Shown here in pieces: positions 21,909 through 34,312 of a stretch of 64,000 nt of DNA. Positions within the stretch are counted from its first letter, which is position 1. Each line of letters opens with the position of its first letter. The notes below the pieces were generated by a model, which made no database searches, was not told where the DNA came from, and saw only the letters and a list, made by a program, of their open reading frames with translations. The stretch lies in the NCBI RefSeq assembly GCF_000143415.4, contig NW_003314337.1, forward strand, positions 373,036 to 437,035, written 5' to 3'. Origin of the DNA: Selaginella moellendorffii (taxonomy: Eukaryota; Plantae; Lycopodiophyta). The position numbers were made by a program, and so were the translations under genes.

Positions 21909-23317
21909 TCACTGTTGCTGTGCAATGCTTGCCGCAGCCTGCAGCAGGCATCGAAGTCGTCTTTCTCTACAGTGGCGTTCCAAGGCAAGCCCCGCAAAGT
22001 AGAGGCAAACATAGGACACCGACGCCAGCTCCGTCATCAGCCCCAGACGAGCACCGATGAGGCCGTTCAAGGAGCTGAAACGCAGATCATACGTCGCAAG
22101 CTCACATACATGCTGCTGCTGCTTGAGCTCCAGAGCAGCGCCAAAGTCGAAGAGGTAGAAACGCCTGCCATCTTTGCGCGGTGTGTAACTCCAACGTTGC
22201 GGGGATTTATATCCGCGTGAAGCACACCGTTCCTTTGCATTCACCCACGCATCAAGATGGATCAAAATGCCTAGAACCGAACTTACGTGCAAGACGATCA
22301 CTATTCTCGTAAGGTCCCGGCAGAGGTCGTGCACTGTTTCTGCGACAAGCAGTCGTGGCTGAACCAAGTCAAGGAAAGGAACACCCTCCAGCTCCGTGAG
22401 CACAACAGGACAGCCCTACCAGTGGCCGGAGAAAACAAGAGGTGGGATCAGGCTGCAGCGTCTGAGCCTAGTCAAGATTTTGGCCTCCGTCTCCACCTAC
22501 AGAAATCTTAGTGTCTTTTTGTCTCCAGATGAATTCATACCTCGTCCCACATCGGGGTTTCAATGCACAAATCCTCTGCACTTCCTTCATCGCACGAGGA
22601 TAGCCGACTTTCATAATCAGCTACCGGCGGAAGGCAGCGCCTTCCACTTTGTACACGGACGTCCAGGGGCAGCTCAATTCTGCCAGCACCTGGACCGATA
22701 GCTTCCCCTCCCCAAGCTCGACCGTCTGTCCGGCTTTCAGGCAGCGAACACTGCCTTTCACTTCCAGGATCTGGCTCGGAAGCCAAGCTCCTGTTGATAT
22801 AAGAAAACAAAGTCGTCCAACTGTTGAAGGAGCAGCATACCAGGGTGGCTTTCTCCAGCGCGGAACGGATGACGTCAGAACCCTGGATAATACGAGATGC
22901 TCGCTCAGCAGAGTTATAAGAGAGAAACAAAAAAGCAGACACCTCCTACTTTCCAGCGTTCTGGAAGTGAACTGAGATGCCGAATGAAGTCCGGAAAGCC
23001 GCACAAGACTGCTTCCTAGTGTCACTTGTGGCAGCTCCGTAGATTTTCTTCAGCTGCTGGAGCATCCCGTTCCGCAACTGGCCGCTTTCGGGCCGCGACT
23101 TGAAACGGGTCCAGGCAACCTCGTCAATGTTCTCAAGCAACAGGAGTGGCTTGACGGCATTGAAGTGCTCGTGCAGAAACCCAAACTGCCTTGTTGTCTT
23201 GCGCACCTTCTTTCCCTGGATCCGATCGGGAAGCACCCTATCAGCTCTTTCGTCTGGCGCATGCTCTTGAACCTGCCGCTTCAACTCAGCTGATCTATCT
23301 GCCGGGATGTGTGGCAT
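21909..23317 (-). pseudogene. Degenerate atypical protein kinase gene (CK1-like C-lobe) with an unrecognised N-terminal region
   Basis: SVYKV..*LIMKV..EVETEAKILTRL..IPPLVFSGHW*..VLTELEG; NGVLHADINPRNVG in a shifted frame; FYLFDFGAA; LRFSSLNGLIG..TELASVSYVCLY. Confidence 0.7.
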
Positions 23318-24147
23318 GCAGAATTTGTTAGAATCAAGCCACTAAAGCCAAACCCCAAGAACCAGGGCGCCAGCGAATTTCTTAGAATGTGGCTTGATCG
23401 GCATTCTGGACAACCGGAGATTCACGATCATGGATTTTCTCATCTGACTGGAAGCTCACCACCACCAAGCCTGAGGGACGTGCTGGTGATCATAACTTAG
23501 GCTCATGACGATTTTTCATGACTGGAAGTCGTGATCGATAACACAAGATGTCCGCTGACTTTTTGCAATCAAGTATGACTGCCGATAGAAATTTATCTTG
23601 GGTATGTTTCTTCCCAAGTTCCATGGGAAGAAAGAAAATCTGTGTTCTATTTCTTAAAAGAATAAGAATTGCATCTTTTTTAAGAGTTATTATTATAATA
23701 TTATAATAAAATGACAATAAAATTCTATGATAAAACTAAAATAATTTCAAAATCGAAAGTAAAGTTAAAAACACAGATAATATCTTAAAAAATGTATTTT
23801 CTTTTTGTGGTCTTGTATGGCGGTCTTTATTGCACAAAAACTTGTCTTTGCTATATCATTATTATTCATATAGTTATTTATCTTCAAAAAAACTTTATTT
23901 CAAACCACCTTTATTTTTACCTTTTATTAAATATTTTATTATATACCGTTCAAGAATGTTAATTAACAAATACAACAGTAAATTTGGAGTACGGTAATTG
24001 CGTAAAGTTATAATCAAATAATATTTCTAAGTTACTTTATATGTTTTCTTAATATATTTATGCAAATTTAAAATATTTATGCAAGATTACTGCACTCATT
24101 TCTTCAATCCATCTTAACCTTTTAAAACTCTTTTACAATGCGGATGA

Positions 24148-27100
24148 TCAAACTGTTTTGAAAAGCTCTTTCATTTCTGTTGACGAGGGGCTCAATGTCT
24201 CAGATGGGTAGCACTTTTGTAGCAACGCTTCCAGGCTTTCGTATTTGTCAATAAAATCAACCTGGAAAGACCAAGATTTAATCCTCGAGACAAGAAAGCA
24301 AGATCATACCTTGCATTTATCCCAAAGATTTGGCAACAACTCCTCTGACACTAAAGTCTTTTGCATCTTTTTATACATGGCCTGGAGCGACCTTTCCACC
24401 TGCATGAGAAAGAATTTGAAGGCCTTCCAACAGTAAACGAATTAAACGTACGCCAGACAAGCTAGCCTTCACCACTTTGCGTAGTTCGTTTTTGGAAACT
24501 CCCAGTTGGAAGGGAACCTGGAAAAGGTTTAGAGTCTTTGACATTACACAACAGACTTTCCTACTTACCTCTTCTGGAGTGATTGTATACAGCAGGTTTT
24601 CCACTCGTTGGCCGAACTGGAACAGCTTCTCAAATTGCTGAGAAACGAGAAGTGAAAAGAAAATAAGAAACGCTGGAGTGATTATAATCCTACCATGTTG
24701 ATGATAGAGTTCACGTATCGAGTGCACGCTTGCTCATATGCTTCACTAGCTTGCTGGTAAAATCGAGCTAGTGTGGGTACCATATTTGCCAAGTCAAACA
24801 TGCTATAAAATGAAAGTAAGTTCGATAGTCGAATTGTTAACCTTTGTGCACCTGTTCTGAAAAGAAGCATAATTTTCCAGCAGTAAAACGTCTGCGTACT
24901 TTGGATCATTTTGTGCAATACGTTCCAATACAGTGAACATTGTTCCCACCTACACATAAACAAACACACTTTGGTTCCTATATGAAAATGTTTGAACGTA
25001 CCAGCCTCGTGTAAGCTAGATCCACCATGTCTCTCGACATACCCTGCACCAATCCTTCCATTCGTGAGGCTAGACTTGCGAACCTAGAACCAATGAATCA
25101 GTACGTGATCGATGTTTGATTACAGAAATAACAGTCCACCTCGGAACGTATGAGAGTACGCCCGTCTGCCTGACGTTACGGTCGTGCTTTTCTATTTGAT
25201 GGCAAACCTCATCCAGGAACTAAAGAGGCATGCTGAGTTAGAAGAGCATGCGGGATAGAAACACTTACCTTAGAAAATTGGTTACTGATCCTGGCTTGCA
25301 AATCAGCCAATAGGCGCCTAACAAAACCAGCGGCATCAGCTTTGTGACTTGAGAGATATCGTTCTGTTGTCCCTTGCATTGAGATGCACCTCAAAGGATC
25401 AACTTTGTAAGCCCAATCCACAACAGCATAGAAATCCTCCTGAAACAGATTGTGTTAGACGTCAACGAAATCACATAGACGCTACCTGAATGCCATCAAG
25501 AAGCTCTTGAAGAGCCTGATTCAAGGCTTCCATCTCCGCAGCGTTTTGTTCCGCTGGAAAGTCCAAAGTCGTGTAAAATCTTTCATCTCAACTAAACTTA
25601 CTCGGCTTTGCATCTGCTCCATCGAAATCTAATGGAGTATCATCCTCATCGTCTCCACTTTTCTCATCACCGGCTCTGGGAGGGGCCAAAGGTAAAACTT
25701 CATAGCACATAAATGACGCAAAAAATGCACTCTGCATCAAATCGCCATCACCATAAACTTAATAAATAGTGGAAACTGCAACTTACCTCGTCGACAAGTA
25801 GGGGTACAAATATTCGCAACATCTTGGCGTATGCATCAGAAACTGTGGATGTGTCACCCATAGAACCAGCCGTTCCTCCACCAGCAACAGCATTGTCCAT
25901 CCAAACAGCTGAACTCCTTAAGACCTTCGTGCTTGCACGAAGCTCATTTGCGAATTCACGAGCCTGTAAATTTCCACAAAACATCGAAAACCTTAATCAG
26001 AAAGTCAGAAAAATCACACAAACTGAACATACCTCTCGCCGTAGCAGTAGGTTCAAGGACTGGCAATAAGCCTTTCTCAAAGGTCCCAATGAATTTTTGT
26101 CTAGCCCCTGGAGTATCAAATGGCTAGTGTGAGACAAAGACAAGGTAGAAATGGTAGCACCTTTAAGTGCTGCAGCAAACGAGCATATGTTCTACATTTG
26201 AATCGTAAATCTGCGTGGTCGGGCCTTTTCAGCTGACCCCTCTGCAAGAAGAAAATCAGCAAGCGAACAACAAAACGAAAAGGCTACCTGTGAAAAATAT
26301 GTTTTGTCGCTTATCATAAAATCGACAAGATTGGAAAAGTAACTTCTCAGAAATTCAGAAGCACGACGAACAAATGTCGACTTCAATTTTTCGAGTTCCC
26401 CTCGCTTGTCTTTTACCTGTAAGACTAGCTTTCATGTCAAAATGCATGTAAGTATGGTAAAAATGTTTACCGCACGCATATTAGCATAGGCTGGATCCAT
26501 AAGTGGAGGTTCCATTCCACGAATTGCTCCTGCTAGCCAGTCGCAAGCGTCAACATTTTGTGGCATTCTCGATTCATCAAACGCTCCGCTTGTCAGCAGT
26601 GTTGCATACTGATGTATCAGCAATGAGAAAATATAAACAAGAAAGAAACAAGTACCTGAGGAGGAACATGTAGTCTTTCCAGAAGTTTATTAAGCTCCGC
26701 AACAAGGGCTGCGTTGTTCTGAACTTGCATCTCCAGCATGTTGTTTCTAGATTCTATCTGCAAGACAGTTAAGATAAAACATCCAGAATGAAGATTTCGG
26801 ATACCGATTCGATGTCTTCCCGCATGTGCCTAAGCTTGACGTTAAATATTCCTAGCCATTCATCCATGTCTTCGACCGCTTCTGACGCATTATTCAAACG
26901 TCTAAGAACCTATACCATATAACGATTGTTGTAAACACAGCCAGCACTATATTGTTCTTTGAAGATTTACCTCCTCAACCAAAGGATCGCTTTCCAATAT
27001 TGCATGGACGTTAGCGGCTTCCAATGCTAAAAGCTCTCGTTTTAAACGTTCCGAGAATGCCTCAGCTTCGTCAAGTCCCATAACGTATCTGAGCCGAATG

Positions 27101-27315
27101 AGGTTTCACAAACGCACATTAAGAAAATTGGAAATTTTACGTACGTGCCAAGTAGAGCCTCCATATCGTCCTCTTCGGCCTTGGAAACGAGCTCCCTTTC
27201 TACAGTGACCTTAAGGTCTGTTTGATCAACTCCATCCGTGGTCACAGTTCCGGATGGCGTTGCCGCTGTATCAGAATGCGCCTATTCCACACCAAATCTC
27301 AATCAAAAGCTGATT

Positions 27316-27347
<32 letters not shown>

Positions 27348-28067
27348 TACCTGTTCCCATAACGCCATTTCTACCACGTCCATGCCCACAATCTTCGGTA
27401 TACGACCGAGGTTTTCCTTACAAAGTCGTATAACGGTTGTGAGGAAGCGATTCCTGTACGCCACGCCATGCAATAACTAAAAGAAGTGTTTTTCAAAAGC
27501 GATGCCTACCTCTCGTCTACGTTTCGCATCGTCCATTGAGGAGGAGCTACATTCTGGATCTTCAAGTTGTCAAAACCCTGGAGAACAGTATCTATCAGTA
27601 ACGAAAGAAAAAAATGAAAACACGTACCAGAACAAATGTGCAACCGGTGCTGTCGCTGGGAACAACTTCCACCCTGGACAGATGCTTCATTTTGTATAGC
27701 TTAGCCCTCTTCAGAAGAGAAAAACCAAAGAAAAAGTGAGACCAAACATTGCTATCACCACCACAATTCTTGCCTGAAACCCAGAGGAGCTATACTTGAG
27801 AACATGAAGAGTGACCTTGAACTTCTGGGTCGTGGGTGAGCGCTTGCCTGCATTGATACAAGAGGAGTTACCAACTTGAGAAGACAAACACCATTACTTA
27901 CAAGCGATCGCAAGCACTCGAGGCTTGCTAGTGGAACGCGAGAGAGCTCCCCAGGCCGACTGGCTCTTTGTGACCTTGAATGCCACAGTGACATCGTTGT
28001 CCGAATCCTGGAACACTGCTTCCACCAATTTGTGGAGCTTCTCCTCCTCTGTGAGTGCCTTCACCAT
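24148..28067 (-). CDS. SEC3: Exocyst subunit SEC3, many exons
   Basis: [29 protein letters not shown]; [16 protein letters not shown]; [15 protein letters not shown]; [13 protein letters not shown]; [19 protein letters not shown]. Confidence 0.95.
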
Positions 28068-28143
28068 TGTGCCTGGATGGAGCTTCTCCTCGATCTACAT
28101 CAATGCCGCAGCGCCCAGCGATGGGAGTCCCATTCTATAAACC

Positions 28144-29931
28144 CTAGTCACACATTCCTCCCTTTTCCCTGTAGTTGTTCGCCAGAATCACATAGGGCGA
28201 CACCTGATCTGGATCCAGCGCCAGCGCCGCCTCCCCGGATTGCTTGCCCCGCTCGATTTCCCGGTGGATCTTGCACGCATTGGCCAAAATCTTCCACGCC
28301 ACGGCGTCCGGCTGGAATGGCATGCTCTGGATCAGCTCCTCCGCCTTCGCTAGCTCCCCCGCGCGCCCCAGAATATCGATCATACACAAGTAATGCTCCA
28401 TTCCAGCCCTCAATCGGTGATCCGACACCATCACCAGGAACCACCACCGGCCCTCCTCGACCGATCCACAAACCCTAAAGCAAGAGAGAATGCTGCTAAA
28501 CGTGGCATCGTCGGCTATCATCCCTTCCAAGCTCGCGCAATTGGAGAGCTCGACCACCTGAGACAAATGCCCTTTCAAGGCATATGCTGCTATCAAAGCA
28601 TTCCAGGCGGGCATATCCACCTCAGGGATGTCATCAAACACCATCCTAGCCGTCGATAGCTCATCGACAGACGCGTGAGCGACCATCACACCCGTCCATG
28701 CCACCATGTTCCAACAAGGCATCCGTGTAAATAGGAACTTTACCTTCTCTAAATGCCTGGAATAGGCAAATGCCGCTAGTAAAGCCGTCCACACCACTGC
28801 ATTTCTCACACACGTAGCCAGAAACAAACCCTCAGCCTTCAACGGTAAATTTACCTGTCCGTAGAGATTTACCATGATGCTAGTGGAAAAAACATCTGGA
28901 AAAGGAATCTTTCTGTACAATATTTCCGCGTTTTGAATTTGCCCAATCTCGGCATATGCCACAAGCATAGAATTCCACGATACATTGTCCCATTGAGGCA
29001 TCTTTTGAAACATGGCGTAGGCATATTCTATTTCTTGCTGTCGAGCTAGCTCACCCAAGAGCACTGTCCACAAAATGTGATCGCGTGAAGAAATTTGATC
29101 GAACAACTCTTTCGCGTGATCGAGATTTCCCGTCCGCGCCGCGACTCTGATCATGGCAGTCGATGCGATGACGTCGGTGTAGGGGAGATTTTCGTAGATT
29201 GACTTGGAGCCTCGAAAGTCCCCAGTTTGTTCGTAGAGATGGAGAAGAACCGTCCACGATTCGATGCTCCTTTGCGGCATCTTTTCCAGGAGCTCACCCG
29301 CGGCGATCGATTGCTTGCTCGCGGTGAGCGCGTGGAGCATCGCATTCCATGTCGAGGAGTCGCGAGCAGGGGAGCATTCGAAGATGTTCTTGGCGGCTTT
29401 CACATCCGCGACCGCGATTCGAGTGTAAGCAGCGATCATTGTGTTGAGCGAGATTTCATCCCTGCAAGGCATCGAATCGTAGAATTTCGTCGCGGCCTCG
29501 AAATCCTGTCGATCTAGCAAAGCTTTCAACCGGAGATTACAAGAGAAAGAATCCCACTGTGGCATTCTATCGAGAATCCCTTCGAAAGCCCCGAAATCCC
29601 TGACGGCGGCAAAAGCTCCGAGGAGAGAATTCCACGACACGGCATCTCTCGTCGGCATTTTCTCGAAGAAATCTGCCGCCTCGCGGGCGCTGGAGTTCTT
29701 GGCAATCGCGGCCAGGAGATTGTTCCAAGAGAATAGATTGGGGCTGGCGATTCCATCAAACACCAACCTCGCATCATCCAAACTCCCACAGCTCCCAAAC
29801 ATCTGAATCATCTGATTGCACAGGCGAGTCTCGTGCCGCAGACCGATCGGCGAAACACTCGCGTGGATTTCTCTCGCGAGTGCTAGATCCTTGGTCCTCC
29901 CACACCGCCTGATAACATCGCCAAGGCTCAT
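28144..29931 (-). CDS. Intronless PLS-class PPR protein with E extension and no DYW domain (organellar RNA-editing specificity factor type)
   Basis: ~31-aa repeats (F..MP.RD.VSWN); MEHYLCMIDILGRAG..MPFQPDAVAWKILANACKIH..SPYVILANNY; first ATG at 29931 (the ORF track starts at GTG 30009). Confidence 0.92.
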   Translation of the reverse strand: MSLGDVIRRCGRTKDLALAREIHASVSPIGLRHETRLCNQMIQMFGSCGSLDDARLVFDGIASPNLFSWNNLLAAIAKNSSAREAADFFEKMPTRDAVSWNSLLGAFAAVRDFGAFEGILDRMPQWDSFSCNLRLKALLDRQDFEAATKFYDSMPCRDEISLNTMIAAYTRIAVADVKAAKNIFECSPARDSSTWNAMLHALTASKQSIAAGELLEKMPQRSIESWTVLLHLYEQTGDFRGSKSIYENLPYTDVIASTAMIRVAARTGNLDHAKELFDQISSRDHILWTVLLGELARQQEIEYAYAMFQKMPQWDNVSWNSMLVAYAEIGQIQNAEILYRKIPFPDVFSTSIMVNLYGQVNLPLKAEGLFLATCVRNAVVWTALLAAFAYSRHLEKVKFLFTRMPCWNMVAWTGVMVAHASVDELSTARMVFDDIPEVDMPAWNALIAAYALKGHLSQVVELSNCASLEGMIADDATFSSILSCFRVCGSVEEGRWWFLVMVSDHRLRAGMEHYLCMIDILGRAGELAKAEELIQSMPFQPDAVAWKILANACKIHREIERGKQSGEAALALDPDQVSPYVILANNYREKGGMCD

Positions 29932-30066
29932 TCCGAGAGAACCAGTCCCTCCGGCATTCCGTCCCAGAATGTACGGGCGACGCTGCCTATTCCATCCCGG
30001 AATGTCCACCTCTTTAACGGCCTATTGTTTTGAAGTGTGCGAAGGAGAGAGCGAGAGCGCAGAGCA

Positions 30067-31557
30067 ATGCTGGGCAAGGGTTTCAAATCTTCGAAATGGT
30101 AAGCGCCTCGCCGGCCCTCTTCGATCGATCGATCGCTGTCCTGCTTCTCACTTTTTTTTTTATTTTCTCATCCCTATTGATCGATCCATGGCAGCAAAAC
30201 GCTCCTCAAGCTTGCGACGTCTCGGATCAAGCTCTTGAGGAACAAGAGGGACATCCAGGTGAAGCAAATGCGCCGCGACATTGCACAGATGTTGGGGACT
30301 GGCCAGGAACCTAGCGCTCGCATCCGGGTGGGTATTCTCCAATATATTCCCATCTTCTAAGCTTTGTTTCCACCAGGTAGAGCATGTTATCAGAGAGCAA
30401 AACATCATGGACGCGTATGATATGGTGGAGCTTTTCGCTGAGCTCATTGTAGTGCGTTTGCCAGTGATCGATGGCCAGAAGTAAGTAGTTTGATCAAAAG
30501 AGTGAAGAACAAAGGAAAAGAAGTTCTATCTTTTAGTCTCGAATGAAAAACTGAGATCAACTATTTTGATGCAGGACATGTCCGGCCGACTTGAAGGAAT
30601 CCATCGCAAGTTTGATCTTTGCAGCAGCAAGGTGTGCTGATCTACCCGAGCTCGCTGATATAAAATCGTGTTTTGCTCTCAAGTACGGGAAGGAGTTTGT
30701 TGCTGCTGCTGCTGAGCTGAGGCCGACTTGTGGTGTTAGCCGGAGGGTCTGGATCAATTTCCTTTGTTCTTTCTGTTTAGGATTTCTGACAACAATTTAG
30801 TTTTTCTGCTCCAGATAATCGAGAAAATGTCCGTCCGAGCTCCGTCCGGAGAGACGAAACTAAAGGTGCTCAAAGAAATAGCTACGGAATATGGTGTGGT
30901 CTGGGACCCCAGGGACACTGAGGCCGAGCTTCTAAGCCAGCCCGAGGACCTTCTCGTAAGTTTTTCATTCACCTCTTAACACTGAAACAACGTTTCTCTC
31001 CACAGGATGGTCCTCACAAGTTCCAGTCGGCCACCGAGATGCCTCGGCCTCGGTCCGATCCTCCTCCAAAGCCTGTCATGAACACCAAAGCTTCGACATT
31101 CACCAATCCTTCCATGTTTGTCAACTCAAGAGCGTCGATAACTCCGCGCAGTTCGTTTCCACAAGAGAACCACGCTCACTCCACCATGAACGGTCCGGGC
31201 ACTCCAGCTTACAAGGACGTCGCTGCCGCGGCTCAAGCGGCGGCGGACTCGGCCGAGCAAGCTGCCGCTGCTGCCCGAGCCGTGGCAAATCTGGCAACGA
31301 GACAGGTGCTACAGGGACTCTCGGAGCAAATCCTGAACGCGGTGCCGTGTGACGAAGAAACTAGCCCAAGATCATACAAGCTCCGCGACTACTTGTCTGG
31401 TGCCGCCAACGAGCTCGATGACTCGCCAGTTTCCATCTTCAATGGTCGCACCAGGCATTCCACCAGCGAGCTTTTCCGTGATCACGGCGGCTCCAGCCCG
31501 GACGATCACGACGATCTGACTGCTCGCTTCCAAGCGCTCAAATCTAGACGCTGCTGA
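30067..31557 (+). CDS. IST1-like ESCRT-III/Vps4 regulator, multi-exon
   Basis: MLGKGFKSSKC|KTLLKLATSRIKLLRNKR..ARIR|VEHVIREQN; SLIFAAARCADLPEL; MIM-like C-term DDLTARFQALK. Confidence 0.93.
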
Positions 31558-31661
31558 TCAGTTGGTTTTAAGCTAAAGGTGATAGATGTTTAATCTAAAA
31601 GGTAATATGAAGATATTTGCTTATATGAAGGAAGAAAAGGAAGAAACTGATTAGGGTTTAG

Positions 31662-32651
31662 ATGGGTGCTCTCATTCCAGGATTGATAGATGATATAGTT
31701 GTTCAGCATATCATTTGCAAACTCTCTTATGCTGATAAAGTGATTGCAAGTCGTTTAAATTTAGCATGGAGAGAAGCAATTAGGATCCAGCATCGTCTCA
31801 TACTACTTGATCACAATACAGCAAAGGTTTCTTTCATCCCTGGTGGTGGACTTTTCGAGTTCAAAGACCTTATGCTTTGCGATGAAATAAGCACGATAGA
31901 CAGGTGTGAGATCACGGGACATAATGTGAGGGTGGTAGCGGCAGTACAAAACCAAAATATTTTGATGTCAAAGTGTAATTGGAGCGAAGATAAATGGCAT
32001 ATAGTATTATGTAGCTCATTGGGCACTATTTCATCGATTTTTCCACCACTATATTTGGAGACGTATAGTGTTAAAACGCCTGACTTTGCTGTGTGGAAAG
32101 GCGAGAACGAGATGAAGGTGTTGGTTTTTTGGTATTATGTTAAGCAATATTCTTCCAAAGATCCAGAGAAGTGGGTTGAGATTGACGAGGGTGATCCTAT
32201 TGCATGTCCAGTTGTGAAAGGGAATGTTTGCTTTGCCGTGAATCTCTTCAAGATGGCATTAGTATGTTATAGACTTAAGGAGGGTGGCCGGTTTCAAACA
32301 CTAAAGACTGATTTGGGAAAACCAGGAACAATGATGTGGTTGGAAGAGAAAGGGGAGAATTTGGTGTTGGTTAGAACGAAGTCTACGGATGACAAACAAG
32401 TTGCAGAAATCTTTGAGATTGTGTTGTCTGAGGACTATGAAATGAGACTCTTAGGACAGGTTTCATACGAGCACAACACGGAACTATTGGAGGTGAAATC
32501 AGTGGAGGGCAAGATTTACTTGAGCTTATATGAGAGAAGATCGACTACAGGGTCATGTTGCCGTGTGATTGAATACTCTAATGGTGAGGAGTTTGAAGTT
32601 CTTAAAGATTTAAACAGATCCTTCACTTTGAATACAGCAAAAGTTGTTTGA
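31662..32651 (+). CDS. Intronless F-box protein with a divergent beta-rich C-terminus
   Basis: LIPGLIDDIVVQHIICKLS..SRLNLAWREAI; TTAGGGTTT just before the ATG. Confidence 0.8.
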   Translation: MGALIPGLIDDIVVQHIICKLSYADKVIASRLNLAWREAIRIQHRLILLDHNTAKVSFIPGGGLFEFKDLMLCDEISTIDRCEITGHNVRVVAAVQNQNILMSKCNWSEDKWHIVLCSSLGTISSIFPPLYLETYSVKTPDFAVWKGENEMKVLVFWYYVKQYSSKDPEKWVEIDEGDPIACPVVKGNVCFAVNLFKMALVCYRLKEGGRFQTLKTDLGKPGTMMWLEEKGENLVLVRTKSTDDKQVAEIFEIVLSEDYEMRLLGQVSYEHNTELLEVKSVEGKIYLSLYERRSTTGSCCRVIEYSNGEEFEVLKDLNRSFTLNTAKVV

Positions 32652-32908
32652 GAATTTCATTTTGTGTTTTTACAAAACGAGATTAAATATATAATGTCAG
32701 ATTTTTCCTAACCTAAATTCACTCGGGCCCCTCGATCCAGAGCAGGTTATAAGAAGACCTGTTTCTCGTTCGTTTATCATCGTTTCATGTTCTCGAATGA
32801 GTGATTTTTTTGTTTGAAGGACATTCGCACGCATTTGGACGTGACCAACGTGGAAGTAACGAAAAGTGAACACTCGCAGGATAGAGAGATTGATAGTAGA
32901 AGACGTGG

Positions 32909-33268
32909 ATGAAGACTGAGAGAAAGGCCGGAGGAAAGGTGGCAAAGACACCTGGGAGAGAGAAGAAGCCACCAAAGCTAAAGACGAGCAAGGTTCCAAG
33001 AGAAATCAAATTGTGTAGTCAGCACCTTTGGAGAAAGGTGCCAGTAAGGAGTTGATCACTTATGGAGCATGGAGTATAGAGCAAGTCTTGTGGTTATTGC
33101 AACAAGCCTAACCATGAAGAATCTGAATGTAAGTTGAAGATAAAACACTTTCAACAGCTGGAGGATTTCAAATGTTCAAAACCTGAGGCTCACTATGGAC
33201 GATTGCCGGACAAAATTTGTGTTGCCCAGCTCAAAACCAAGCTTGAAAACAATGCCATGATGATATAG
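32909..33268 (+). pseudogene. Broken ORF containing a CCHC zinc knuckle
   Basis: CGYCNKPNHEESEC at 33089-33130, in frame with ATG 32909 but separated from it by two stops. Confidence 0.45.
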
Positions 33269-33323
33269 GGACTTTTACTTAGAATCTTTCTTTCTTTAAA
33301 TTTTATTTGCAACTTTATGTAAC

Positions 33324-34121
33324 TTAAAGGCAGAAGAAGGTTTTCTGCATCCATAAAAGTATACAATAAAACACTATAGCTTTACAAATTTCTCCAGGAG
33401 TTAGATAATGGATTTTAAGCCTCTTGAATGTAAGGTAAATAAAATCTTTCCACTGTGATAACATACTTTCCTTTTCCACGTACTTTAGCACCCATGGATG
33501 ATTCTTCACTTGTGCTGCTGTTAAATGACGATCATCTAACATGCTTTGGATCAGTTTTGCTGCCCCTGGTGGAACCATAATCCGCCAGTTAAAAGAACGT
33601 GGCTGGTCCTCTAACCAGATGTTCGTCAATAGAAGAATTAAAACATACCCCAACCATCTAATATCTACAGTAATTTCTTCTCGATAATTACGCCTTAACA
33701 CAATGCTATCATCAAAACCAGAGAATCTCACATCATCCAAGTCTTCTCCCTTGACAAGAATCTCATTGTACCTAAAAATCCCAAGGAAGTGCATACGGTG
33801 TAATACCCCCGCCATTCTGTGAACTAAAAGGGCAGCTTCTCTCTCGCCCATTTTTCCCTGGGATTTAAGACGCTCATACAAATGATCCTCACAAGGTTCC
33901 ATTATCAAGTGCCAGCGTGTGGGTTCTCTTACAACTTCCATCAATTCCATCACCCCAGGAGTGCCCTTGAGAAGTGTCAAGATCCGAATCTCATTCCTCA
34001 GTTCCCAGAATTCTTGATTATCACCTGTCACACTGACTGTCCTACAACAGAAGATCTTGTTGTTGTTCAAAGCTCTTACCAAAGGCAATCCAGAGCTGGG
34101 CACAACCTCATACTTCTCCAT
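33324..34121 (-). CDS. Intronless CAMK/CDPK-derived pseudokinase with a hydrophobic C-terminal tail
   Basis: RNEIRIL..HLIMEPC..EREAA..VLHRMH..HPWV; beta3 Lys replaced by Arg; no HRD and no DFG. Confidence 0.75.
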   Translation of the reverse strand: MEKYEVVPSSGLPLVRALNNNKIFCCRTVSVTGDNQEFWELRNEIRILTLLKGTPGVMELMEVVREPTRWHLIMEPCEDHLYERLKSQGKMGEREAALLVHRMAGVLHRMHFLGIFRYNEILVKGEDLDDVRFSGFDDSIVLRRNYREEITVDIRWLGYVLILLLTNIWLEDQPRSFNWRIMVPPGAAKLIQSMLDDRHLTAAQVKNHPWVLKYVEKESMLSQWKDFIYLTFKRLKIHYLTPGEICKAIVFYCILLWMQKTFFCL

Positions 34122-34312
34122 TTGATTTAGGGTTGCCAAAGTGTTGAGCCGCCCTTTTATAGTTACTCTAATGCCTTTTCCTTATTTAAGAGATTCTTTT
34201 ATGCGTGGCAAAACCTAAGCCGTCGGATCTCCCCGTTTTGCCAAACGACTATCGCGAGAATCGACCTCTAGAGTTTTTGATCTAGGGCAAGGGTTTGCGA
34301 GAGAAGAGCGAC

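Noticed and set aside
21690-22220. Plus-strand 176-aa ORF
   Set aside because: Spans the LINE relic and the antisense strand of the kinase pseudogene; no independent support.
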